Shown here: in pieces, positions 1-9,055 of the stretch
Layout of the letters: the number at the start of each line of letters is the position of its first letter
Position numbering within the stretch: the stretch's first letter is position 1
Origin: an uncultured Acidobacteriota bacterium
GTDB lineage: Bacteria > Acidobacteriota > Blastocatellia > RBC074
Assembly (NCBI GenBank): GCA_963796275.1
Contig: CAWCKY010000001.1
Location: 1,216,001-1,280,000 of the forward strand
Direction: 5' to 3'
DNA length: 64,000 nt
Translations under genes and position numbers: made by a program
Notes under the pieces: model-generated
The model's database searches: none
What the model was told of the DNA's origin: nothing
The model's input: only the letters and a program-made list of their open reading frames with translations

Positions 1-886
1 GGGGCAACACGTTTGACAACATGCCCGGGATGTTTCGTGAGACTGCGCCCAGGCGGGCGGTGACTGTCAGACCGAGGGTAATCTCATCGGCACCCGTCAA
101 CCGATTAAGATAGGCAGCTATTGCTGCGATGATGAGCTGGGACAAGGTTGCATTGGTGCGGTTCGCAACAGCCCGCAGCATATCCGCATCTGCAGATTGA
201 ATATACGCAGTCTGGCGTAGAAAGCTGCTTGACTTGACTGGTGGTTGGTTTGCCAGACTGACTGGCTCTGGCATCTCAGCCAAACATTCCAGCCAATACC
301 GCCGATCCTTCACGAAATGCTCAGAGGCGCGATACGCCTGTTCGTTCTCGATCAGAAGTTGCAGAGAATCAAAAGCTCTCCCACTGTCAGTTAGATCATT
401 CGCAATCGATGAGTAGACTTCCGCGACACGTCGCGCTATGAGCCAGACGCCAATGCCATCATTTACAATATGATGATATCTCTGGTACCAAAGAAATCGC
501 TCGGGGCCGATTTTGAGTAGGGCGAAGTTGAAAAGCGGATCGCGTGCCAGATCGACCAACTGACCAAAATCGGCCCTCATCCAGCTCTCGGCAGCCTCCT
601 GGGGTGCCGATTCAGCACTAAAGTCTATAAATGGTATCGACCACTTCTGAGCACAATATATGATCTGCCGCGGGGGATTGATTTCTTTCGATATCTGAAC
701 ACGAATAGCTTCGGTCTCGACGAGGACCTGTCGCAACGCAGCCTCGAATACAGCTGGATCAATCGCTCCATGAATTTCTGTATACTGACCGATGTTGAAA
801 ATGGGATTATCGGGATCTACCACCTGAGCCAACCAAATTTCGCGCTGAGCGGCTAGGAGTGGCTGGTCGAGGGAATTAATTAACAT
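1..886 (-). CDS. Non-ribosomal peptide synthetase, N-terminal (starter-type) condensation domain; runs off the window's left edge
   Basis: Not in the ORF track. Manual translation from ATG 886 (GGAG RBS upstream) gives MLINSLDQPLLAAQREIWLAQVVDPDNPIFNIGQYTEIHGAIDPAVFEAALRQV... and later WYQRYHHIVNDGIG (HHxxxDG motif), as in EntF/DhbF-like starter C domains. Confidence 0.9.
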   Translation of the reverse strand, partial: MLINSLDQPLLAAQREIWLAQVVDPDNPIFNIGQYTEIHGAIDPAVFEAALRQVLVETEAIRVQISKEINPPRQIIYCAQKWSIPFIDFSAESAPQEAAESWMRADFGQLVDLARDPLFNFALLKIGPERFLWYQRYHHIVNDGIGVWLIARRVAEVYSSIANDLTDSGRAFDSLQLLIENEQAYRASEHFVKDRRYWLECLAEMPEPVSLANQPPVKSSSFLRQTAYIQSADADMLRAVANRTNATLSQLIIAAIAAYLNRLTGADEITLGLTVTARLGAVSRNIPGMLSNVLP

Positions 887-1215
887 TGCGATACTCCGCT
901 GTTAGATATAACTTTATAAATGCTCCGGCTATTCTGTACGTGGGGATCACTGAGCATGAGACAAAGCGGGACATCAACTATGTGGGCAATGCGTTTGTGA
1001 CCAGGGCCAGCAGAAAGCGACGAATGCTTTGTTGCAGCAGCACACGCCAAAATCGTGGGGAGCCGGTTGAAAACTGTTCATAAGGGCACAAAGGGTAGGG
1101 CACAGAAAGGAACAGTCAGTTGTGACGTTACAATTATAATTTATAATTATAATTGACAAACTCTACCACACTGTTCTGGGGATCAACATAAGAGATAAAT
1201 AAAAAGCAAAGCTTA

Positions 1216-1231
1216 TGCAAAAGCCATGCCC
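1216..1231 (-). promoter_or_regulatory. Putative sigma54 -24/-12 promoter for the NRPS
   Basis: Minus strand GGGCATGGCTTTTGCA matches TGGCACG-N4-TTGCW with exact GG/GC spacing. Confidence 0.55.
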
Positions 1232-1555
1232 TGATACTCTTAGTGCGAGCTTGTCGGAACCAAGACTCAGATAACAAACAAAATGCCCTTTTCTTTTGAA
1301 TTGAATCAGTTATGCTTTCTTTTTCTCACAAACTCGCCACTTGACTTTATGCGAACGAGTCTAATACATGGGTGTATATAATCTGTCTAGTGCAAAAGAT
1401 AATGTGTATTAAGATTGAACATAAGCAATTGCATTAAAATTGACATTTTCGAATATAGCCAATGAACGACGAAATCGGTGCATCTTCATATTTCGTCTCA
1501 TCGGCACGATAAATAAGGTGGAGTAAAATGGCTATCTTTAGCCGATAAATAGGCA

Positions 1556-1571
1556 TGGCATCTAACTTGCT
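1556..1571 (+). promoter_or_regulatory. Putative sigma54 -24/-12 promoter for the CHAT operon
   Basis: TGGCATCTAACTTGCT with exact spacing, ~230 bp upstream of ATG 1798. Confidence 0.6.
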
Positions 1572-1797
1572 ATGAAGGGTAATTTGGATATCCTGTAAAG
1601 TGGATTGCTTCCTTCGGAGCTTGAACTCTCACGCCAGTGCGCAGTAAGATGAACGGGATATAGGTAGTGCCGTAATCTTATCGGTCGACCAATCTACCTA
1701 GTGGTAATCTTTAGTTGCCCCCCGGTTTGCAGGGTGTTAGATCCTAAATCAGGCTCTGAAATAGGAGTATTAACTTTACCTTTAACGGAGGCATCAA

Positions 1798-4700
1798 ATG
1801 ATTCACCCGCTGCCAAGATCAACTCGAGTTATGTTTCGTTCATGGATTGTCTATCTCGGACTCGGACTCACATTCTCTATCAGCCTGCTATTGATGCCCA
1901 ATGAAATTCGAGCATCTCGAAGTACGTTCGCCGTAAGCAATGAAGTGAAGGCTTACGTTGGCGTGGTCGGTTTGGCGCAGGAGAATCAGCAGAACTTGCA
2001 AACCGAACTGGGAAAGCCGATTGAACGAAAGCTGGCTGGTGGCGACTCTCATTATTATGCTTATCAACTCACGCTGGCTAACGGTCAATCTGCCAGGCTG
2101 GTCGTTCATCAAAAGGGGATCGACGTCCTGGTGAAGCTCTTTGGTCCGGATGGGAAACAGATCGCGGAGTTTGACTCTGAAGCCACGACGCAGGGACAAG
2201 AGACCGTGTCGTGGGTAGCGGAAGTGGCGGGGAGCTACCGGGTGGATGTGGTGGCGAAACAGAAGGATGCGGTGGCCGGACGCTATGAGATCAATGTGGC
2301 TGAGGTGCGCGTAGCGACTGAGAATGATCGAGCTCTGTATGAATCGGACAAGTTGTATGCGGAATCAGGCAGACTCTTAGCTAAGTTTGATGAGGCGCGC
2401 CCGCTAGCTGAACGTGCATTGGAGATTCGGGAACGGGTGTTGGGGACGGAGCACTACGATGTCGCTCGCGCTCTCAATCGTCTCGCCAACATATATTTGT
2501 TCAACGATTATTTCACGAAAGCGGAGCCGTACTATCAGCGTGCGCTAGCTATCTCGGAAAAATTGCTCGGCCCCGAAAATTCTTTTGTGCTTGGTTGTCG
2601 CGACAATCTTGCCCTCGCTTATAAGCAGATGGGCGACTATTCAAAGGCAGAACCGCTTTATCAGCGCACGCTAGACATCAGGCAAAAATCGTTGGGACTC
2701 GAACATCCTCTCGTCGGCCTCTCTGTTGATAATATTGCCAACATCTATACTTTGAAAGGCGACTACGGCAAGGCGGAACCTCTATATCAACGTGCGCTGG
2801 CCATCGCGGAGAAAGCACTGGGACCAGAACACCCCGGTATCGCTCGTCTTCTCAACAGCATAGCCCTTCTCTATTATTACAATGGTGACTACACCAAGGC
2901 AGAGCCGCTCTATCTGCGTGCCCTGGCCATCGGGGAGAAATCTTTGGGAGCTGAGTCCTCCGAAGTGACTGGATATGTCTACCAAAGTCTCTCGTTTGAA
3001 CTCGGCGAGTATCTCTTCAATCTCGCGGTCTTATACCGCGACCAAGGAAACTTTGACAAGGCAGAGCCGCTCTTTCAACGCGCACTGACCATATCGGAAA
3101 AATCGCTCGGGCCCGAAAACTCCATTTCCGCTAAGGTCCTACACCACTCCGCCATTCTCCATCGCAAGAGAGGCGACTTAGCCAAGGCGGAGTCGTTATA
3201 TGAACGCGCGCTGAAGATGGCGGAGAAGACGCTGGGGCCTGAACACCCTGATATCGCGATTACTCTCGGTGACTCTGCTTTCCTTTACGAGGCAAAAGGC
3301 GATATCGCTCAAGCTGTTGCGTCTCTGTCTCGCGCCAATGCCGTTGTCGAGCGCGATCTCACGCGCAATCTTGTTTCCGGTTCCGAACGACAGAAACTCG
3401 CTTACCTCTCTTTCTTCGCGAAACAGACCAATCTTTCACTGGCAATCTCGCTCCATAGCCAGGCTGCGCCGAACGATCCGCAGGCATTAGATCTGGCTCT
3501 CACAACTTTGTTGCGTCATAAAGGGCGCGGTCTCGATGCAATGACCGATACCATCGCCATTTTGCGGCGTAATGCCACACCGCAAAATCGAGCGCTCTTC
3601 GATAATCTCAAGGAAACCAGCTCGGAATTGGCCTCGCTGAAACTCAAAGATTCAGGCGCGGGGGACGTAGAAACTTACCGGAAAAGAATTAAGGATCTGG
3701 AAGGTAAGGTTGATGATCTGGAAAATGAACTCAGCTCTCGTAGCCAAGAGTTTCAGGCGCAAACGCGACCGATCACGATCGCATCAGTCCAAGCTGCGCT
3801 TCCAGCGGACAGCGCGCTAATCGAGTTTGCCTTGCACACGCCGCTGGACCCAAAGACTGAGGAGAAAAAACAGGCGCGCTACGTCGCCTATATACTCACG
3901 GCGAAAGGTCAACCCAAGTGGGTAGCCCTTGGCGAAGCTGCTAAGGTCGATCGGGCAGTGGATGTCTGGCGCGAAGCATTACGCGATCCAAACCGGACAG
4001 ATGTCAAACTGCTCGCGCGCGACGTGGATGAGAAGGTGATGCGCCCTGTTCGATCTTTACTTGGTGAAACGCGCCGACTCCTGATTGCGCCCGATAGTAT
4101 GCTAAGTCTCATACCATTCGCTGCCCTCATCGATGAACAGAATCAGTATCTGCTTGAGCGTTTCTCTATCAGCTATCTGACCAGCGGGCGTGATTTGTTG
4201 AGGCTGCAAACGCCACAGCCGAGCAAGACGGGCCCGCTTGTAGTTGCCAATCCCGACTTCGGCCGATTCGCTACAATCGCTATGCGGACAGATCGGGGCG
4301 CCGGAAATGCGCGAGCACAGATTGATCCGACACAGATATTCTTCCAGCCGCTGCCGGGCACCGAAGATGAGGCATTGGCGATCAAAACCCTGTTACCGAA
4401 GGCATCGGTGTTGAGACGGGAACAGGCTACCGAAAGGGCGCTCAAACAGGCAAGTGGGCCGCGCATCCTGCATATCGCAACGCACGGCTTCTTCCTAAAT
4501 AATCAGGATACTGCACCTGTAGATGATAACCCTTTGCGTGTTAGTTCCGAGGAAACTGGCGAACCGGCCAGTCCTTACACGGTTCAGCTTGAATCCTTAC
4601 CAGTGCTCGAAACCGCTCAAGAGAAGGTCAAGGGATTCAGGTCGCGGGGCTTGAATGCCTATATCGTCAAGACCGAGGTGAATGGCAAAGGCACCTTCTT

Positions 4701-5331
4701 CCGCGTGCGCGCCGGAAATTTTCGGACTCAAAACGAGGCTCTGAAATACGGTGCTAACCTGCAGGATAAGGGGGTTGTCAGCGATTACTTCGTCGCACGT
4801 TATGAGTCGCCGCAGCGAGGTTTACAGCTGCCAGCCGGTAATGACAAATTGCGGCTCAGCAAGTTTGCGACGCTAGTCGAAGACCCATTGCTGCGCTCTG
4901 GCCTCGCGCTGGCTGGAGCTAACCAGGGTAAAAGCGGAGAAGAAGATGACGGTATCTTGACAGCGCTGGAGGCGGCTTATCTAGACTTATTTGGAACAAA
5001 ACTGGTAGTCCTTTCCGCGTGCGATACGGGTGTAGGGGAAGTTAAGAAAGGCGAAGGTGTTCAGGGGTTGCGGCGCGCGTTTGTACTGGCCGGATCAGAG
5101 AGCCAGGTGATGAGCCTCTGGCCGGTCTCGGACGAAGCGGCCAAAGATCTGATGATCCCTTATTACAAGGCCCTCCAGCAGGGAGAAGGGCGGGGTGAAG
5201 GCCTGAGGCAAGTGCAGTTGCGAATGCTACACGGCCGAAAGGACCAGCGACATCCGTTTTACTGGGCAGCATTCATTCAATCCGGGGAATGGGCGAACTT
5301 GGAAAAAGGTAGCGATCTTGGAAAAAGGTAA
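1798..5331 (+). CDS. Exported TPR-CHAT (caspase-like) protease with N-terminal PPC-like domain and a SPOR domain inserted in the CHAT domain
   Basis: N-terminal hydrophobic segment; kinesin-light-chain-type TPRs (AEPLYQRALAI..LGPEHP); catalytic HIATHG and LSACDTG; C-terminal HPFYWAAF; SPOR-like YTVQL...FFRVRAGNFRTQNEA. Confidence 0.9.
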   Translation: MIHPLPRSTRVMFRSWIVYLGLGLTFSISLLLMPNEIRASRSTFAVSNEVKAYVGVVGLAQENQQNLQTELGKPIERKLAGGDSHYYAYQLTLANGQSARLVVHQKGIDVLVKLFGPDGKQIAEFDSEATTQGQETVSWVAEVAGSYRVDVVAKQKDAVAGRYEINVAEVRVATENDRALYESDKLYAESGRLLAKFDEARPLAERALEIRERVLGTEHYDVARALNRLANIYLFNDYFTKAEPYYQRALAISEKLLGPENSFVLGCRDNLALAYKQMGDYSKAEPLYQRTLDIRQKSLGLEHPLVGLSVDNIANIYTLKGDYGKAEPLYQRALAIAEKALGPEHPGIARLLNSIALLYYYNGDYTKAEPLYLRALAIGEKSLGAESSEVTGYVYQSLSFELGEYLFNLAVLYRDQGNFDKAEPLFQRALTISEKSLGPENSISAKVLHHSAILHRKRGDLAKAESLYERALKMAEKTLGPEHPDIAITLGDSAFLYEAKGDIAQAVASLSRANAVVERDLTRNLVSGSERQKLAYLSFFAKQTNLSLAISLHSQAAPNDPQALDLALTTLLRHKGRGLDAMTDTIAILRRNATPQNRALFDNLKETSSELASLKLKDSGAGDVETYRKRIKDLEGKVDDLENELSSRSQEFQAQTRPITIASVQAALPADSALIEFALHTPLDPKTEEKKQARYVAYILTAKGQPKWVALGEAAKVDRAVDVWREALRDPNRTDVKLLARDVDEKVMRPVRSLLGETRRLLIAPDSMLSLIPFAALIDEQNQYLLERFSISYLTSGRDLLRLQTPQPSKTGPLVVANPDFGRFATIAMRTDRGAGNARAQIDPTQIFFQPLPGTEDEALAIKTLLPKASVLRREQATERALKQASGPRILHIATHGFFLNNQDTAPVDDNPLRVSSEETGEPASPYTVQLESLPVLETAQEKVKGFRSRGLNAYIVKTEVNGKGTFFRVRAGNFRTQNEALKYGANLQDKGVVSDYFVARYESPQRGLQLPAGNDKLRLSKFATLVEDPLLRSGLALAGANQGKSGEEDDGILTALEAAYLDLFGTKLVVLSACDTGVGEVKKGEGVQGLRRAFVLAGSESQVMSLWPVSDEAAKDLMIPYYKALQQGEGRGEGLRQVQLRMLHGRKDQRHPFYWAAFIQSGEWANLEKGSDLGKR

Positions 5332-5962
5332 TCAGCAAGGAGGTTCGTCAAGGTTTGTGAAAACCCAGCCTGAATCAGACCCATTAGAAGCGTTCTTCGA
5401 CTATCTCGGTCCTGATCCGAGCCAAGCCGGGGAGAAGTACGAGACCCTGCGCCGTGTCCTCATGAAATTCTTCGAGTGGCGTGGTGCGCTCTCCCCTGAC
5501 CATCTCACTGATCTTACCTTCGACCGTGTCGCCGGCAAGATAGCGGCAGGGGAACAGATTCAAAACATAAATGGGTATTGCCAGAAGGTCGCGTATTTTA
5601 TCTACCTTGAATGGGTCAATCGAAGTCAGGATGATAAACACGAAGCCCTCGGCGATGACGAAAGTCTCCCACTAGTACAGGCGGTTTCCAATGATGAGTT
5701 CGAACAAGAGGAGAACCGCTTCGAGTGCCAAAAGAGATGCCTTCTGGAGATGCCCGACGAAAGCCGTGATGTGATCCGTGAATATTTTGCCGGTGAGGGG
5801 CGTGATCGGATCAACCGCCGCGAAGAAATGGCCGCACGCATGGGAATCAGCCGCTCTGCCCTGGGAAATCGAATTACACGATTGCTTAGTAAACTCAGAG
5901 AATGTGAACGCAAATGTTTGGGAATCTTTCAAGATGGCGCACGTTTTGCCGACATGAATTAG
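5318..5962 (+). CDS. ECF-type sigma-70 factor
   Basis: Region 2-like (DLTFDRVAGKI) and region 4 HTH (EEMAARMGISRSALGNRITRL); overlaps the end of the CHAT gene. Confidence 0.75.
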   Translation: MEKGNQQGGSSRFVKTQPESDPLEAFFDYLGPDPSQAGEKYETLRRVLMKFFEWRGALSPDHLTDLTFDRVAGKIAAGEQIQNINGYCQKVAYFIYLEWVNRSQDDKHEALGDDESLPLVQAVSNDEFEQEENRFECQKRCLLEMPDESRDVIREYFAGEGRDRINRREEMAARMGISRSALGNRITRLLSKLRECERKCLGIFQDGARFADMN

Positions 5963-6129
5963 GTAGTATGTCACTTGTTAGTAGGAAGGATGACATAGGA
6001 CTGTAATTTATTATTAACATCATCCTTTCAAAATGGGAAGTTTAGGTTATCAGCAATACTTATAATATGTTAGTTGCGCTGACAGTCAGGTAAACCACAG
6101 ACTATCTTAAAATTAAATTAAAGGCTCCC

Positions 6130-7098
6130 ATGGAAGAAAGATTAAAAACCGAACAACAAATGATTCGATACCTGTTGGGCGATATGTCCATTGAAGAGCA
6201 GATCGCGATGGAGACCGGGTACTTCACCGATCCAGAAAGTTTTAATTTGCTCCAGGCTGTCGAACAGGATCTCATCGAAGGTTATATAAATGGCAAGCTT
6301 TCGGCTGCAGGTCGAGTGAAGTTTGAGCGTCATTTTCTGAGCACTCCTGCCCGTCGAGATCAGGTGCGGTTTTTTCAGACCCTGGTCAAAGTCGTACCTA
6401 TTGAAATTGATCAACAAGTTGTGGAGCAGCCGGTCAGACTCGCGGCTCTTGATTCTATTGACCTGGGACGGAAGAGCTCGTGGTGGGAATCTATCATGTC
6501 CCCATTCCGAGGACCGCGATTGGCCATGGGTATGTCGTTTGCCGCCGCAATGTTAATTCTGGCAGTTGCAGGGACATGGCTGATCGTCGGGAACCGCAGT
6601 GGGAACGATGGACAGATCGCGTCTGTCAGTCCCACTTCTTCACCCGAGACCGTGCAAGCGCCGAACCCGGATCAACCGGATGTCCCGTCAAAAGATAATG
6701 AAATAGATGGGGAGAAGCCGATCACTCCCAAACCGTCATCGAAGCCGGTCACCGCTTCTTTCGTTTTGAATATTCCTGGATTGAGGGATATTAATAAAGG
6801 TAGTACAGCGCCTCAGGTTTGGCGCATTCCGTCCAACACCGATTTTGTTCAAATGGCCTTCAACCATAAAGGTGACCCATACGGGAACTACAGAGTCTCA
6901 TTAAATTATATCTCTGGTAAGCAGGCCTGGCGCCGGAGCGACATCCAAGCCAATCGCGTGAAATCAGGTACGCTATTGATTGTGAATGTACCTGCAAAAC
7001 GGATTGAAGAAGGTTCATACAGCCTGGAGATCAGCAGAGACAATGTTGCAGGTGAATGGGTAATGTTCCACGAATTTTTGATCGAAGTAGTACGGTAA
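6130..7098 (+). CDS. Putative membrane-anchored anti-sigma factor
   Basis: N-terminal RYLLGDMS..E / YINGKLS..FERHF anti-sigma-like helices, single TM, Pro-rich linker, beta-rich extracytoplasmic domain; directly downstream of the ECF sigma. Confidence 0.7.
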   Translation: MEERLKTEQQMIRYLLGDMSIEEQIAMETGYFTDPESFNLLQAVEQDLIEGYINGKLSAAGRVKFERHFLSTPARRDQVRFFQTLVKVVPIEIDQQVVEQPVRLAALDSIDLGRKSSWWESIMSPFRGPRLAMGMSFAAAMLILAVAGTWLIVGNRSGNDGQIASVSPTSSPETVQAPNPDQPDVPSKDNEIDGEKPITPKPSSKPVTASFVLNIPGLRDINKGSTAPQVWRIPSNTDFVQMAFNHKGDPYGNYRVSLNYISGKQAWRRSDIQANRVKSGTLLIVNVPAKRIEEGSYSLEISRDNVAGEWVMFHEFLIEVVR

Positions 7099-7138
7099 GA
7101 AACGAATTTAAACATTTAATATCAACCCGTAGTCCGAC

Positions 7139-7180
7139 GCAAAGGCGCAAAGGAGAAAGAGAAATCCTTTGCGCCTTTGC
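7139..7180. repeat. REP-like palindrome / possible terminator
   Basis: Perfect 16-bp inverted repeat GCAAAGGCGCAAAGGA...TCCTTTGCGCCTTTGC. Confidence 0.6.
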
Positions 7181-7242
7181 ATTTTTGCGTAATATCTTCG
7201 TTTATTGCAGTATTTTAAACTAACAACCCCAACTCCATTGAT

Positions 7243-8163
7243 ATGATAAAAAATTGGCATGATAAAAAAAGAATTGCAAGTAGTATGGTTAAAATCAGTA
7301 AATTCCTTAGTCTTGTCCTGAGGCATCAACCCGACAAGATTGGGGTGATGCTCGACAAGGCGGGTTGGGTTTCTGTGGAGGAGTTGATCGAAGCTCACAT
7401 CGACCGCGATTTGAATGATAATGATCTGAAAGGCAAACCGCCGGAAGGTTTGAGCGGGGCGCAACTCAAGCGGTGGAAATACAAACGCTACATGCAAGAT
7501 TACCTGGCCTGCGTCGCCTCGGTGGACGACAACATCGGACGCTTCCTCGATTATCTTGATAAAACCGGTCAGGCAAAAAATACCATTGTGATCTATACCT
7601 CGGATCAGTGCTTTTTTCTCGGTGAGCACAACTTTTTCGATAAACGGTTTATGTACGAGGAGTCGCTGCGGATGCCTTTCGTCATACTCTGGCCCGGACA
7701 GATCAAGGCCGCTTCGATCAATAAGAAACTGGTCCTCAATGTGGACTTCGCGCCGACTATGCTGGACGCGGCCGGTGTGAAAATGCCCTCTGATATGCAG
7801 GGCCGAAGTTTCCTGCCGCTCCTGCGCAGCCAGAAACCCAAAGGCTGGAGGACTTCAATGTATTATCGGTATTACCATCCGGGCCATCACAACGTGGCGG
7901 CGCACTACGGTATTCGCACGGAGCGATACAAACTGATCTACTTCAATAAGCTTAATCAGTGGGAACTATACGATCTGAAGAATGACCCGGTTGAAATGCG
8001 CAACATCTACGCCGATCCCGTCAATGCGGGGCTCGTGACGAAGCTCAAGACTGAAATGTACAGATTGAAAAAAGCTCTGAAGGACGAGGATAAGTTTCAG
8101 GAAAATCTGCCGCTTGATGATGTTGGTGGTGGCAGGGTGCGAGCCCGACAATCGATGAACTGA
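7243..8163 (+). pseudogene. Chimeric ORF: N-terminus of RNA 2'-phosphotransferase (KptA/Tpt1) fused to the C-terminal half of a sulfatase
   Basis: ISKFLSLVLRHQPDKIGVMLDKAGWVSVEELI is the KptA N-terminus. From ~7396 the sequence is sulfatase (VDDNIGR, IYTSDQ.FFLGEH, DKRFMYEESLRMP, ELYDLKNDP) with no CxPxR motif. Confidence 0.75.
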
Positions 8164-8193
8164 ATCGCGATATTATGCGATATAAAAATTTAA

Positions 8194-8253
8194 GCCAGGC
8201 TCGCAGATACGCCGAGGAAAAAGAGGTAAAGCTTGGCGTATTTGCGGCCTGGC
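8194..8253. repeat. Imperfect inverted repeat between convergent genes (REP-like/terminator)
   Basis: GCCAGGCTCGCAGATACGCCGAG...CTTGGCGTATTTGCGGCCTGGC. Confidence 0.45.
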
Positions 8254-8286
8254 GTGCGTTTGTAAGCAATCAGTAGCTGCGATTGA

Positions 8287-8649
8287 TTACCAGTACCAGC
8301 GGCGATCACGATCCTGGCGATCATTCTTCTGGCGATAGATGTCCCGGTTTGAGCGATCTAACATTTGATCGAGCCGTTGACGCTCGCGATTACTCAATCC
8401 GCCGCCATCCCGGCGTGAGCGATATTCATAGCGATCGATCCTACGCTGCTGATCATAAAGCCTTCTCGCTTCGTTTCTCGTTAACTCTCCGCTGCGAATT
8501 CCTGATCGAATCCGGTCCCGTTGGAAATCTTGTCTTCGATTGACGTTGCCTGAGCGACGATTTCTGTTCCCGTTTGCCAATCCGGTCAACGGCATAATCC
8601 CAGCGATCATTACTGCGGCGATAACCAACTTAACCAAAGGTTGCTTCAT
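8287..8649 (-). CDS. Secreted Arg/Gln-rich small repeat protein (hypothetical)
   Basis: Signal peptide; repeated GELTRNEARRL..QQRRI / GLSNRERQRL units; AAGGAG RBS. Confidence 0.8.
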   Translation of the reverse strand: MKQPLVKLVIAAVMIAGIMPLTGLANGNRNRRSGNVNRRQDFQRDRIRSGIRSGELTRNEARRLYDQQRRIDRYEYRSRRDGGGLSNRERQRLDQMLDRSNRDIYRQKNDRQDRDRRWYW

Positions 8650-8754
8650 TATTTAAATCTCCTTTTCTCAAAGGTGTGAATGGATTCTTTTTACGTTAAT
8701 CAGCTTGAATAACTAACATTTTTTGCTTTTGCGTTTGCTGTCGTAATCAGTAAT

Positions 8755-8770
8755 AGCAACTCCCGGGCCA
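8755..8770 (-). promoter_or_regulatory. Putative sigma54 promoter
   Basis: Minus strand TGGCCCGGGAGTTGCT with exact spacing, ~105 bp upstream of 8649. Confidence 0.6.
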
Positions 8771-9055
8771 GGCCGTTCTAATGTTTGCTAGCGAGCTGAT
8801 TGGAATGATTCGATGGCGGCGCTGAATCCATAAGTCCTTCATATGCATTCATAACAGAATGTTGCTACTCTCGTTTTTAACCCAGCATTGCTTTTAATTG
8901 TTGAGATTGGTTTTAACTGAACTCTGATCGACAGACTAATTCGTTTGTCCGATAGACGAAAACGTGAGTAGCTTCAGCAAGCTTCATTCTGGAAGAGCGA
9001 GTCAGGGTTGACTGGAGCACCGAAAAGCGACCGATTCTAATGGCGATCGGATCGC

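Noticed and set aside
974-1159. Cys-rich small ORF upstream of the NRPS as a RiPP precursor or MbtH
   Set aside because: No RBS, no MbtH motifs and no modifying enzymes nearby
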